Of a DNA stretch of 44,932 nt, positions 24,389 to 37,564 are shown piece after piece. The notes under the pieces were generated by a model. The model was not told the DNA's origin and did not search any database. It was given only the letters and a program-made list of their open reading frames with translations. The translations under genes and the position numbers were made by a program. Source of the stretch: Mizuhopecten yessoensis (Eukaryota); contig NW_018404533.1 of the NCBI RefSeq assembly GCF_002113885.1, positions 126,987-171,918 of the forward strand, read 5' to 3'. The stretch's first letter is position 1, and the number at the start of each line of letters is the position of its first letter.

Positions 24389-24570
24389 GGATCCCAGCCC
24401 AACTGCAAGCAAACCCTAGAGAGTTCCGATGCAGTTTTTCATACATACAGTGACCTCCCCTTCTTACCTGTAGTAGAAATGGATCATAACACTACCGCTG
24501 ATGATGTCACTCAGTTGGTTGTAGCGACCGTTTCGTGATCTGCGGTCAGTGGTTCGAATCCGAATCTGGT
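24389..24570 (-). mobile_element. element K copy D, older, inverted, sharing its TTAA with copy C
   Basis: GGATCCCAGCCCAACTGC...TTTTTCATACATACAGTGACCTCCCCTT is the reverse complement of the right end, followed by a plus-strand tRNA-like module (CTCAGTTGGTTGTAGCG...GGTTCGAATCC). Confidence 0.65.
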
Positions 24571-26620
24571 ACTGTTACTGTCAGAACACTATAGCATACT
24601 GTAAATGGGATCGAACCAGCGATTTAAACAGAGTTGTGAACATGTTTATGACAGACCAGACCGCTCCCGGTCGTCTTCGAGGTATGGCCTGAGCTGGTAT
24701 AAGGATGTGTTCACCTCCGGTGTCCGGGTCGAATTCTTACATGCACACACTAAGCTTAGTCTTAATAAATCGTTATTACAATTACGTTTTCATATTTAAA
24801 TCCATTATTTAGACGAATCTGCTTAGCTCGTGTAAATAATAATGACACTTTAAATTTGGTATCGCTTTGAATAGCATAATTCATATCATCACGTGACCTA
24901 ATGACGTAACACCTACCATCTTTTCTCTCCTTCCTATTCTTCTATTTCTCTCCTTCATAGTGTCTACTCTTTCTCCTCGGCAGTGTCTTACCAGGCACTA
25001 AGCACCCGTCTTCATCTGACCTTAGTTGTTGCAAGGACAATAAACCCTGAGCAACAAGAAAAAATAACGATGCAAACTGATCTATTTAAAATTATAGGAG
25101 CTTGTTAAGGCTTTCATAACGTATTTCTAACCACCCTTTCAAATTGGCGGTCTTGTAGGGATTTATCTGTATATCATATCATTATTTTCAAAATTATTTA
25201 CCTGCGGGAAGCAACATGAAGGGCACAAACTTGATGAAATGTTCAGAAATCATATTAATGATTGTTTTTGAACACAAATTGTGTTTTAATTGGTTTTCAC
25301 TCGACATGAAGCTCGTCTATGCCTCATTAAGACCGTTAATTATTGACGAGATTGGCCTGCGGGGGGTCGTTTAAGCTCAGCGTTTTCATCAGCTAGTTTC
25401 TACGGTTTCCTAGAGAAAATTAACTTCATAAAGAAACTGAAAATTGTTTACTTGCCGTGATTTAAATTTGTTAGTTTTACAGAAAATTGCCACTAATGAA
25501 AGCACTAGAAATTTAACAGATAAAGTAACTTTGAAATACGAAACTGCTTGGGCGTAAACAACTCTGATAGCTTTCAGTAACATTCGATTACCATGGTGAT
25601 ATTTCCACTTCCTCGTGATCATGGCGCTGTATTTTAACGACGGTTATTTACAGAATATAGCAAGCTACAGCTTTAGACGGGATTATTAAGTTAAGTAGTC
25701 ATCGCCTCCGTGGATCTGTCTCATTTATCAAAGTTTCCTCCCTTCATTATGACTTTGCCAGTAGATGGCGCACCGATAGCTCGAGAGACCAATGGCACGA
25801 GGAATGCCCTGGATTAGCCACGATTTTCGTCCCAAGATTAAAATAGCCAGTACCAAACCCTAAGATTGCCGGCCTTTTGTGTAGTATGACAAGTCGGGGG
25901 GCAGCGAATCAGACCAACTGACCGTAAAGACACAACCTTGAGCTGAATGAGCGAGTCACAGGGGTCTGGCGTCGGGACATCCGGGTCTATCAATAAACAC
26001 AGGGACACGACAATTGTATCAGTGACGGTTATTAACTTGCTTTAGAGAAATGTGTATCCTCCAACTTTGGTCAAATATTCATGAAGCTCCTTTGGGACCG
26101 AGACTGGACTGACGTTTTCCCCGTGGAGTGGTCAAGGTCGATAGGGCTCTGTAGAGGCTGGACACATCTGGTCTGGGGAAAATAACACGTTGATGATGTA
26201 GTATCGTCCGTGTGTGTTAACGTTACTTCAGGACACACCAAACAAATGCAGTTTTTTTTTTCTTTTTTCTTTTTTCTTTTAAAGATACAAGATTTTCCAA
26301 AGGGTAATTTGCATCCTCAATGAGCCTTAAAGGTAGTATCACCTTCCATCCCCACTTCCCCCTCCACATTTTCATGGAAATTGATCAAATTTTGAGGTCG
26401 TCAATTTTAATAAGCATGAACTCATTAATTTCACCTCTCAACAGTGTGAATTAAACATAAAAAATACAGTTATCCGCATTGTCTAAAACGATGTTTGAAC
26501 ATCTAAAAACGACATTTCTATCTTAGTAGGAACGCAATTGTTCTACCATTTTCCCCTGATATATATGTACTGCTTTCTGATCGCTTTAAGGTCAATAATC
26601 TTAAGTGATCAATACAGGCT

Positions 26621-26955
26621 GAGCTTCTGAAATGTGTCCTTCGTTCCGTTCAATATTCTGGTTCCGTTCCGAAATTTCTTTGTGTCATTAAATCTTCTGC
26701 TTTTCGTTCCGAAATTTTCCTTCGATCCGTTAAATAAATTGCGTTCCTTTCCGAAAATTGCTTCGTTCCGGCTTTATATCTTGCGTTTCGTTTCGACATT
26801 GGTTTCGGTCCGTTTAATAGTCGGACATTCGTTCTTTATTCTGTATTTCGTTCCGTTCTATATTCTGTAATTCATTCCGAAATTTATGTTGTTCCGTTCT
26901 ATTTTTGAAATTCGTTCTGTTCCCCTCTAGCATATTGCTATCGTAGGCTCCACGC
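26621..26955. mobile_element. DNA-transposon arm with TTCGTTCCG subrepeats
   Basis: About a dozen TTCGTTCCG-like motifs at ~20-25-bp spacing, flanked by direct repeat GATC(A/G)ATACAGGCT (26607-26620, 26956-26969). Confidence 0.55.
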
Positions 26956-27923
26956 GATCGATACAGGCTATATATACATATAGTGCCAGTCAAATCACCG
27001 GAAACAGAGTCGCCTCGCACAAAAGCCAACTGTCTTCAAATGATTTATGGTCCAATTACAAAATGTCAAACGTCTGTATCACTCTTCTTATTTATCTTTG
27101 TGTTTTTATTGTGTTTGTTTATGACTTTCTAACGTTCTCCTCGATATATATAGGATATTTTATTTTTCTGTTAGAAAACATTCCTTCAACACTTCAAAAT
27201 TACACAAATTTAAGTTATAATTTATCTGTAATTTGCATATAATGAAAGTACATCCTATTAAAGGCGTATGCAACTTAACTTTGATATGAAACTCTAATCC
27301 AAAAGAGTTCCATTGTAAAGTGAAATATCAGAAATATGAAGTATTTAATTATAAGATGATAAAAAAGATAGTATTCATTGATAGCAGATAATTAAGTGTT
27401 TCGGGGATATAACTCTTACACAAGTTGAGTTTTGATGCGTAAGGGTACATACCTCCTTAATAAGTAACCTTGCAAATGTGTTAACAGTTACCTGTTACCA
27501 TTAAAGGCAAAACTTATTAAACATTACTTATTTGATTCTGAATACCGATCTATTTCATAAAGGGATTTATGAAACACACTTACTTTCTTTGAATACAATA
27601 ATAGATTTATCAACATTATTCGTTATTTTTTATTGGTTCACCAACACAAAAATAAATATAAGTATTTTCATTAAGGAAAAATAAAACGAACAAATCACTT
27701 ACGACCGAGTTTTATGTTTCGTGTAGAAATGTAGAAAAAAAAAATACTTCAACCTTTCGCTGTTTAATACATTCCTTTAAAAAGATTCCTTTTGAACACT
27801 ACATCCCTACGTATTCCGAAAATAATATGTCTGTATCAAAGGATATTTTGGTATAACAAATAAAAATCACCACAAAAACAGCAGTTTGTTATTCACTATA
27901 TTTTTTTATTTTTTTTCAAAATA

Positions 27924-28084
27924 CAGTAAACCTCCTTATACTGCCACCGTTTGTTCAGAGAAATGTTGGCGTTCTAAAGAGGTTCGGCGATAAATTGAGG
28001 AATTAGCGTGCATGAATTCTTAAGGATTTTGGCAGTAAATAAGGTGATAAATGAAACAATTGGCATTTTATCGAGGTTTTACTG
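27924..28084. mobile_element. pogo/Tigger-type (Tc1/mariner) MITE
   Basis: TA-CAGTAAACCTC...GAGGTTTTACTG; right-hand TA not preserved; related half-element near 42523-42585. Confidence 0.65.
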
Positions 28085-28639
28085 GTTGTCGACTCAAGAA
28101 CGTTTCATAGATTCATTAACAGTTAAGCTCTAATTGTTAATGACCATGCATCGGCTATTTTTTCCGAATTCTGAGCTATCCTGTACAACGGCCGTACGTT
28201 GGTGTGTCGCGCTACCGTAATATCTAAAACAAAATTAAGTGAAATCCTTAATTTCTGCTTCAATAATTGGTTGTATTTTAATCGCTTTCTGAAATACATT
28301 TTTGTGTTGGTGCTTTAAAGAGGCCCTTGAATGGCTCCACCATCTGTAGATAATGCTGTGATTTGACATCAGTTCATACAATCAAGCTTCCAGTAGAAGC
28401 CACGGCAGAATTAGCAAACCCGCATGCAATGTATATACGTGTACCAGCCAGTAACTTGTACTGTCTCATCCCCAGTCATTACCGAACACGAGCCAAATCA
28501 ATTTAAATGAGTGATTAGGTAATAGACTTGACCTTATAACTTGATGCTATAGGGTAAATGTTTTGTTGTTTGTTACCGCAAATACAGCTGACATCTACAT
28601 CAGTTTAGCCCCCCCTGAGAGACCTGTACAACGAACCTC

Positions 28640-29135
28640 GTTATGCCCCGTGACAGCTATATACCGTTGTTGACACCGATGTACATGTACTTTGTTATTC
28701 CCTTTGACAGTCCTACACAGATGTACCTGGCGAGACAGCCTCAACCAATGTACTTGGTTATTCCCCGTGACAGTCCTACACAGCTGTACCTGGATTGAAA
28801 GCCTTAAACCGATGTACTTGGTTATTCCCCGTGGAAGTCATGTACAAGAGTAGATAGCCATACCGTGATGTACCTGGTTATTCCCCGTGACAGGCCTGTA
28901 CAATGATAGATAGCCCTTCACCGATCGATGTACCTGGTTATTCTTCGTGAAAGCTTTATACGGCTGTACCTGGTTATTACCCGTGAGAATCTTATACACC
29001 TATCCTACTCATTTTTACCAGGTTATTCCCCGTGACAAACCATTCAAACCTTTACTAGAATATTCCCCGTGATGAACAAGATTATTCATCGTAACATTGC
29101 TACACAGATGTACTAGGTTATCCCCCGTGAAATAT
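28640..29135. repeat. degenerate minisatellite with TGTACCTGGTTATTCCCCGTGA core
   Basis: About 10 recurrences with irregular spacing. Confidence 0.8.
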
Positions 29136-29545
29136 TTTAATTCATTGATGGGTTTCAGCGTGACCCGAACCATCCCTCAGGAAACCTTATGGACACAAAT
29201 AAAGTTATTATAATTACAATATTTTAAGATCTGGTTTTACAAGTGCCATGCAATCATTGTGGTTTATTATCAATACACAACTGAAGTGGCTGTTGACCCG
29301 TTAAGGATAAAGATCTGTTGATTCCTTAGCAACGGAAAATTATATCATGTCAACGGTGTCAATGCACGGTACAATGATCTGGTAATTACAATATATGTAT
29401 TCTGATATCAGTGATTAGTTTATTAATTAATTGATCAATCGATTGATTTGTTGTTGAGTTAAAAGTCGGTAAGCATGTAATATTTGATTATGAACAAACT
29501 GTACGACACATCATTAAGCTGCAATGTGTATTTTCCCGCACATTT

Positions 29546-29612
29546 GTGTTTACATCCGGGTTATTATTCGTGTTTACATCCGGGTTATTATTCGTGTTTA
29601 TATCCGGGTTAT
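29546..29612. repeat. 24-bp tandem triplication
   Basis: GTGTTTACATCCGGGTTATTATTC, ~2.8 copies. Confidence 0.9.
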
Positions 29613-29639
29613 ATGACTTAATATTCTCTCTTTTTTCAG

Positions 29640-29707
29640 GTGAACCACACGTCATTTGTTATTATGGAATATTTCACACTAAATAAGAGGACGGTACTTG
29701 TGTCAAG
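29640..29707 (+). other. candidate 68-bp spliced exon of an unidentified gene (5'UTR or start exon)
   Basis: Branch-like CTTAAT, pyrimidine tract TTCTCTCTTTTTTCAG|G, donor AAG|GTAAGT. One open frame: VNHTSFVIMEYFTLNKRTVLVS. Confidence 0.55.
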
Positions 29708-31083
29708 GTAAGTGTATCTTTTATTCTTCCACGTCGACAATGTAACGGCACATTTCATTGTGAATAGCCAAGTAATTTTGGACATCAATGCACATGCGTG
29801 CTTTTTTTCTAATAAAAACCATGCGCGTGTAACAAAAACAACCTTCCTCTCATTGCAAGTGAAAACAAATGACCATGTACTGGACGAACAAGCTTTCTGT
29901 AGTGAGGGTACACGCACGCATGTGCATATCGAACGTTTCCACATCCATCCACATTTTACTGATACATTGCTACTGGCTGCAGCGTCCCGAAATATTGACA
30001 TCAACTGTGACATCGGAAAAGAACAGCCTACATTTGAACTTTAAATCATTAGATTAAGTTGACACGAAAGCATATTCAATTAGATTTTGATGTTGTAGAA
30101 TAGATATAATATATTAACTTGCGTGTGTGTTTGTTAACTCGGGATTTGTAAATGTTTGAAAATTACATATCTTTATCTTTATCCCATGTATTCAGAATAA
30201 AACATCTGATATGGTACTTAAACCACTCTTACGCACATGAATTTAAAATCTGTACAATCAAAACAATATCATTAAATACAAGAATAGTCGCTTAGTTACT
30301 TGTCCTATGCCACCTGGCTTATATCTCCCTATGTATGTATTGTGTTCTAGTTTACGGTGCTTTTGATGGCATAATAAATTTTAATATAGTGACAACTTTA
30401 GCACCCGCCTCGGACAATTTTATAATCCACCTGGTGGGTTGTCGAAATTGTAAAGGCAGGTGAGCATTTACTCTGCATTCTCTATGCTATGCTGCCTTTG
30501 GAAATCGAACCCAGGTCGTCTGTGTGGAACATCGGAGTGTTATTACTGAAACCAAGACATGATTTCTCATGCAAGTCAGTAGTAGGCATATTTGCTGCCA
30601 TCAAGCGGCAGTAATGTGAACCTTGCGCATGACCAATATATCCCAAGGTTCCATGCGCTCAGAGTGCGTTCGTAGGCCGCATCGCAGGGAACCCTTTGCC
30701 GAAGATATTTGTCGGGTACCCTCTTTAAGCTTTGAAATTATCATTTATTATGTTATAATCTTGGCTTCGATTACTAAATATGGTAAAATCATAACATTTC
30801 CGGTGACTCAGTGATTTTAATGCAGATTGGGACTCAATTTACAAGGATTGTTTTGCTGAAAGAGTCAATAAAACTTTCAGAATGTTACAGGTAAACCATA
30901 CTAAGTATATCATCTGTTATTGGGTAGGCGGACGGTCCTTCAATTTTACAAACATTGTTGGCTTCAGACGATCATTTTAAGTTGAAACTGTAAATATACA
31001 AATTTATTGAAAAATAGATATCTTCCAGAGGTTAAGCGTTACAGATTTTAACCATTGGACCCTCTGACAGCACATTGTCTATA

Positions 31084-31234
31084 TTTCGGGCTTAGCCCTT
31101 CGTCAGGGATTACATGACACCGGACCACTATGTCAGACCCATCTTGACAAATAGCTACTCATCCTGTTTGTCAAGTTGGATGTGACGTAGAGGTCCGGTG
31201 ACTTTTAATCCCTGACGAAGGGCGAAGCCCGAAA
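31084..31234. mobile_element. 151-bp fold-back element, probably Penelope-like-element derived
   Basis: TTTCGGGCTTAGCCCTTCGTCAGGGATTA ... TAATCCCTGACGAAGGGCGAAGCCCGAAA; imperfect pairing continues to TTGACAAA/TTTGTCAA. Confidence 0.7.
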
Positions 31235-31241
31235 GCTTGGA
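31209..31241 (+). ncRNA. minimal type I hammerhead-ribozyme-like motif
   Basis: TCC-CTGACGA-A-GGGC-GAA-GCCC-GAAA-GC-TT-GGA: core CUGANGA and GAAA, 4-bp stem II, palindromic AGCU in place of stem III, 3-bp stem I. Confidence 0.55.
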
Positions 31242-32198
31242 AAAAGAGTGACTTTTTAGTTTGTTAGTAATATTGCGTTCCCTATGGGAACTTGGGTGTG
31301 TAGACATAGTCAAGATGATTATCATTTTGCGATCAAATGTTCATTTATTTGTTTTACAATTCAAAATTTAAATAAACATATTGATCCTTAGATTTTTGGT
31401 CATAATACTATGATTATACTATCACAGCTATTTATAAGAAAACAAATCCCCACACAGGCAACAAAAAAGGTCGTATTAATCAGATGGTCGTTAGATACAG
31501 GTGGTATCAATAAAGAAGCACCTGTGATTTAACTAACAGGAAGTTATAGACAGGTGGTCTCTAAGACTTGTGAGCGCGTAGACAAATAAAGACAAACAAT
31601 GTTTTCGACATTTTCTATACAAAACTAGTCAAGAACATAATTTCCTAGTACTGAAATATAACCGGTTTCCTAATTCAAACGCTTCAAAACATATAGTCTT
31701 GGGCATCTCAAGTGGCAAGGGGGCTAACTCTTAATGCCTTGCGGTCATGAGGCAAGTTCAATTTCGGTTATTTCTCCTTACCCCTGGATTTCAATGTCGG
31801 AGACCCTCTCTCTTGGGATACTCTTGTAGGCAATGTCTATGATAACGTGTTTATTTCTTTTGGAAACAAACATTTTATTATCACACTACATGCTGAAGAG
31901 GCGTTGGTCTGCACGTGTAGATTACAAGTGATGCCAACTCTCGCGTCACACGTGAGATAGATCAACTTTGTTGATGCTCGCAGGCTACAATGAATGTGAG
32001 AGGCGTTGAGATGTAGGAATAGAGAAGTTATACACGGTAATAATAATGATAAAAGTTATACAACAAAATAATTATATAAAATTGTACATTATACTAATAG
32101 CCGTTTATTGACATTAATGATTCGAATCATTTGCTTTCATTTCTTCTTCTTTTCTCTTTCCTTTCTTATTTTTCCTTTCTTTTAATGTTTTAGCTATT

Positions 32199-32335
32199 CT
32201 TCATTCATTCATTCATTCATTCATTTATTCATTCATTTCTTCCTTCCTTATTCTCTTCCTTCATTCTACTTTACTTAATTCTCCATTCATCCATCGTTCC
32301 TTTTCTCTTTATTTCGTTCTCTCTCTCTCTCTCTC
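32199..32335. repeat. (TTCA)n and (CT)n microsatellites
   Basis: Visible directly. Confidence 0.9.
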
Positions 32336-33339
32336 ATTTTTTCAAACCTCTATTGGTAACGCTAGCAATGATAACTGTTGAAGTGCGTCTACTTAAGATT
32401 TGTCACGGCTGATCAGCCAAGCGTGTCGCTCTTTCCTGCATATCATTCACGTGCATTTGCCAGCTCCGTAAATTATTAATCAGAATATCTAAATAATTAA
32501 ATTGTTCGGTCGATGCTGGTGAAATCGTAACTATAAACCATAATCATTTAATCTTTCCCATTGAATCATTTAGCGCCAACAGATTGTCAATAGATGCGAC
32601 ACATAATTTACGAGATTTGTATCTCCTTATTAACGGTTTGGTGATTTAATTCCAGGTTTGTGTGCACTGCTTGTTAATTACCTAAGCGCCTATGATTGTT
32701 AATTACCTAAGCGGCTATTGTTGACATGCGATTCCCTCTGCTACAACGGATACGCCTTTTCTTATTTTATGATATTTGACGATTTTTCACCATACAAAAC
32801 AATTTAATAATTAAACCGCGGATTTGTGTAAAATGCTGATTGCCTACTATTATCCCACAGCCGGTGTTACAGGCCTCATTTGCTAAACGAAATAGTAGCT
32901 ATTATCTCGTTTCTTTCTTTCTTTACCTTTTTAAGATTTAGCTATTTTGCACGTGTTTTATCAGGTTATTTATTTGGCGGTTGTTATTTTCAATCCCATA
33001 ATGCACTTAGTTTGTTTCCGGTTACAAAGTTGTTTTCAGAGATCATGTAAGTGATGTTGTGAGTTTTACATCGGTTTGTCAGCATCACTGCATTGGGTAA
33101 CCAAGATATTGGGCGATTTTAAATACACATCGGGCACAAGTAGCTCAAATCTTCGTTATTTGACCAGTGGTTTAGGGAAAAAACTTTATGAATACAAGAA
33201 GATCAAGAACATCTAATATTCATTCAACTGCTTTAGAATTGTTGAAACAGTTTAATTATTTAGATTTTTTATTCCTTTGGCTTTGAAAGCCTTCTTCGCT
33301 AAACACTGGTTAACGTCAATCAATTTTAATCAACGGGGG

Positions 33340-33820
33340 TCAGGTCCCTGTGTCCTATTGGTGGTCATGTGATCTTTGACGGATCCAAATTATGAACTAA
33401 TACATGTTCTTCTACATAACCAGAACAAACCCCTGTGATGTCCCCTTCCAGTGGACTGCTACATAGGGAACATTACGTAATCACACCAGGTCTTGGTGAT
33501 GTTACGGTTGGGTCACATGACTTTTTGAACCATATTATGAACACGTAATAGTTACATTGTTGTCTTGAACAACCATACAAAGTTCAGTTAGTGTCTTTGT
33601 TGTTTCACGTGACCTTTTTGAGCCAATTTATGAACACATAATATGCCGCGCCCCCATGCTGGCTTGACCTCTGCGAAACATATTAAAATGAATAATTTCA
33701 TAATCATACTTGCTTCAATTCGTGTCTTGGTTGGGTCATGACCTCTATGAACCATCTTGATCTCTACAAACATGTTTGCTTCCGGTATGGACGGCCACGT
33801 GACTTTTGTGAACCATAGCA
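33340..33820. repeat. degenerate GGTCACGTGACYTTTTGAACCA repeats, possibly from a Helentron-type non-autonomous element
   Basis: Motif near 33362, 33511, 33604, 33793; family assignment is inference only. Confidence 0.4.
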
Positions 33821-36179
33821 TAGCTATGGTGAATCATTATGATATTAACTCTCCGTAACGACAAATCATTATAAATATGCATCACCTATTTGTGACATTT
33901 CAATTGTCAAATGAAATTAACAATGATGTTATAAATTAGCCATGATGTCATAAATTAATAGCGATCACGCCAGGAATAACGGACATGGACCGGAAGCTGT
34001 TAAAACAACATATTGGATTAAACCGAAGGCCGTGCCGTATTGTGCCAGATGCCGCCTCCCCGCCAGGGACTGAAATTATGCGGTGTCCGAGGACGGACAT
34101 CACTCAATCAGCTGTAACACAAAACTCTTAGCTGTTAATCATATTCAAGCGCTTCTGGGAATCTGATGCCAATCATAGTCAAACGTTGTTGGGAACCCGA
34201 TGCCGTAATAGTATTTAAACATAAAGCCATGGTAATCCGGGATTCTTTTACGAATAATTCAGGATTTCCGAGCCTCATCTGCATTTCACAATAGTTTTAA
34301 ACACACAGGGGGTAGAAATCATCATTATATTTCACGCTATAACAATTTCAATTTTTTAATTTGAAGCATATGGCAGCCGGACTATCGTGTTTGTTATTTC
34401 TGTCTCTACATATTTAATTGATATTGATACATCCTACAAATCATTCAGGGCTAGCATTGCATGTACAGAACAGAACCGCCGTCAACCATCTTCGGAAAAC
34501 TGCCAGTCACACAAGTCAATGAAAGAAGCGCAATATAAACCCGTTGACGGAGAGTTGGATACTCTTGTGTAAACAAATATGTCGAATGTAATACTAAATG
34601 CTATAACGAGAGGTTATCATGGTCTGTTGCTGTCGATTTAAATCTTATATCAGTTATTTTATAGTATAAACTGTTGTTCTATTTTTTGTTATTTTCTTCA
34701 CTGTTTTTCCTCTTTTTCGACACTCTCGTTATGTTTATATTTATACTTGTATGTGATATGACTTATTGTTTCAATAACGGTCCAAGGGGAGATACCCCCA
34801 TTCCGGATATATGTTACAGTTTTGTTATTAGTTTGTACATTAAGCCCGGAAAAGTTGACCTGCACTGTGTTTCAATTTGTCATGATTAAAGAAATATAAT
34901 GGCAGCAGACATACGTTCAGATGTCGCTGTTTTATTGTCTCCCAGACTTGCTTACATGAAGAAACAAAGTATTACGCAACCCTATATAGTACTTTAATTT
35001 TGCAGTTTCAAACTTTGCGTTTTGTTTTGAGAACAAATTTGTGGTGTTAATTTTAGAGTAACATCAATAATAGCCAATACTCCATTACGATATCTTTAGG
35101 GAGGCTAATAAATCCACAGTTTTTATATTTCGAGATTTTTTTCTGGTCGAGAATGTAGCGAAAATAAAACCTCACTAACTGTACAATACTCTATGTATTG
35201 TTCAGTTAAAACTGTTCTATAACCTGATAAAAAAGTATACATACTTGTTTAATTTAGATCTGTCGACAAAAGCAATGATCGTTAGATTAATGTAACAGCT
35301 TTATAGATATGTTGTACGATTTTAAATGAGAAAATACAGCTTATGTATTTTTAAATACCATAGAATAATTTTACAGGCCTCTTTCTAAAGCATAAAAACC
35401 GGATGTTCGTGTAAAAAACTCTTTAAATCAGTTAATGATTAGTTGACGTTGAAATCGGAAATGTTTCCCACAAATAAATAAAAGCACTGTGTCACCACGA
35501 AAGACATCAAGGGGTTCCGAATGTAAAAATACGGCAAAATCTGGGACAAACATCACGCGTGTTCTTAATTACGTCACCAATTTTGAAAGCCTAACCATGC
35601 ATTTTGAAAAATTTAAACACAGTCGATTTGCGACAATGGATAATTGGATAAATAAATTGTTTCTGAAGAAATGGATCTGAGCTTGCTACCGTAACTACGC
35701 ATTCCATATACGTCGTCAATAGCTACCACACTTTAATCACCGCTGTCATGGTTACTGTGTGAGGTTATGAATTCTACATTAAGTTTTTAAATGGCTTCTC
35801 TGAAAACAGCAAATTTGTATGCCAGCTCACGTGATACAGACAATAGTCACGTGACGGCAAATGTTACATGTGTAATGACCCCACGTGACAAATGTGGGGA
35901 TATAGAAGGTGTGACGTTTTGATGACCCCGATATGACCTGTATTTACACGACCTTCACTTTTCCTTCGACGTCACAAAATCAGTTCACATTAATTAAGAT
36001 TTGCATTAAGATTGTATTAGCTGATTAGTCGGTTGACGTTTTTAATGAATTTTATTTGTACTGTTATCATGGTATTAAGAATACAAAAGTTTTATAAAGT
36101 ATTCACGTTAAGGGTCAGCACATCACTGCCAAATACTGTAATTATAAGAGTTATTTTTTGGTTTACAACAAAAGCTTCA

Positions 36180-36621
36180 ATAAAAATAATATACAATAAT
36201 ATACAACATTTATATAGCGCCCTATATAATTTGTAAAATTACTCTAAAACGCTTTACAACATATGGATAATAGTAATGGTTATAATTGTGAAACAAAAAC
36301 AAAGGCTTGCAATCACTTGTATACATTTAAGCAAGCAATGTGCACATAAATGAACAAATAAAATGGTGGTATTTACATGACGTCTTTGCAAGGATTCTAA
36401 AATGCAGATGTGAAGAAGTGAGTTTTGATGTCCCTCTTGAACTTGACCAGGGTATTCGACTTCCTAATAGCAGATGGTAAGCTATTCCACAACGTAGCCG
36501 AAACCCTCCCAACGCATCTGTTTCCGTAGGTCACAGTACGAGATTTTGGGATACACAACAAAGATTCTGACTCCGACCGCAGTGATCGTGACGGCTGATA
36601 CAGGGTAACAAGCTCAGTGAT
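36180..36621 (-). mobile_element. 5'-truncated LINE (L2/CR1 group): ORF2 C-terminus plus 3'UTR
   Basis: Minus-strand 3'UTR TGTAAAGCGTTTTAGAG...GGCGCTATATAAATG followed by a TATT-rich tail, typical of L2-clade ends. Confidence 0.85.
36397..36621 (-). pseudogene. LINE ORF2 C-terminal fragment, 74 aa
   Basis: Hand translation ITELVTLYQPSRSLRSESESLLCIPKSRTVTYGNRCVGRVSATLWNSLPSAIRKSNTLVKFKRDIKTHFFTSAF* fits the YxPxRxLRS...LWNSLP..IR....L..FK...KTH motif; absent from the ORF track. Confidence 0.85.
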
Positions 36622-37564
36622 TCACATCCGAAAAGAAACCCCTACTTTGTTAAATGTTTATGAAATACACAAAAACGGAATCAACAATGGCGTTCCGGGA
36701 GTAAAAACACATCAGGGTCAGAAAAGGATTCGAACCACTGACCTCCTCCGATCACACCGTCGCTCTCACGAACTTGCCTACATATATAGTTAGCGATAGT
36801 TTCATGGACTGCTCCGCTACCGTTGTATCCTAAATGCAATTAAGGGGGTGGTTGTTTAATGTTTAAAAAATAACCTACGTATACGAATTATTTTGTGTTT
36901 GTCTAAAGTGGGAAAGGATCCATAAACAGTGTTTATCCTGGTACAGACAAAAATGTCGCTAACTTTGCTTACATTTTTAAACGGCTGAGTATGAGAGTGT
37001 TTTGACAGGCAGTAAATATAATTCTGTCCGAATTAAACGTCTATTGTCGCTTACTCAGGTTTCATCTTTTAAATCATAAACTTGTTTATTATCCATTTAA
37101 TCGTTCGTGTACTTTAGTACAGGTTATGCTTTTGAAGATTTTAAAGAAAAACGTCTCTGTACTCAATGATCGGACAGTCATTGTATAAAATGACAATCAC
37201 GTGTGGAAACTTTGAGCAGCTCTGTCGCCAACCCCATTTGTCCTGAATGATAAGGTAACTTGTGTTCGCCAGGTTTACAAATGATTTTATTAGCGAGGAG
37301 GGGGACACTGGATTACTGACTGGAGGTTTTTGTCCGTTAAAGAAAACAAACATGTTTCCACAATTATACAACAAATAGAGACGATGGGAGGGGTTGAATG
37401 CAGCGCCCTCGCGTGTACAGAGACGCGGGTCGACAGGGGCGACAACAACAGATTCTCCAGACAATCGGATACAAGTTCTATTAAATAACGATAAATTGGA
37501 AATCTTAATGGAGTTGACCGCGGTCAGACGGACGGAATGTTTGATCAGTAGATTTGTATAGAGC

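Larger units (their letters stand above)
36112..36921 (+). mobile_element. element K copy E, old, hosting a LINE insertion
   Basis: TTAA-GGGTCAGCACATCACTGCCAAATACTGTAA left end; minus-strand B box GGATTCGAACC (~36726); GTATCC...TTAAGGGGGTGGTT and AGTGGGAAAGGATCC right end. Confidence 0.55.

Noticed and set aside
29636-30057. Overlapping 110- and 125-aa ORFs
   Set aside because: No recognisable domain; they lie around and downstream of a splice donor and look like chance ORFs.
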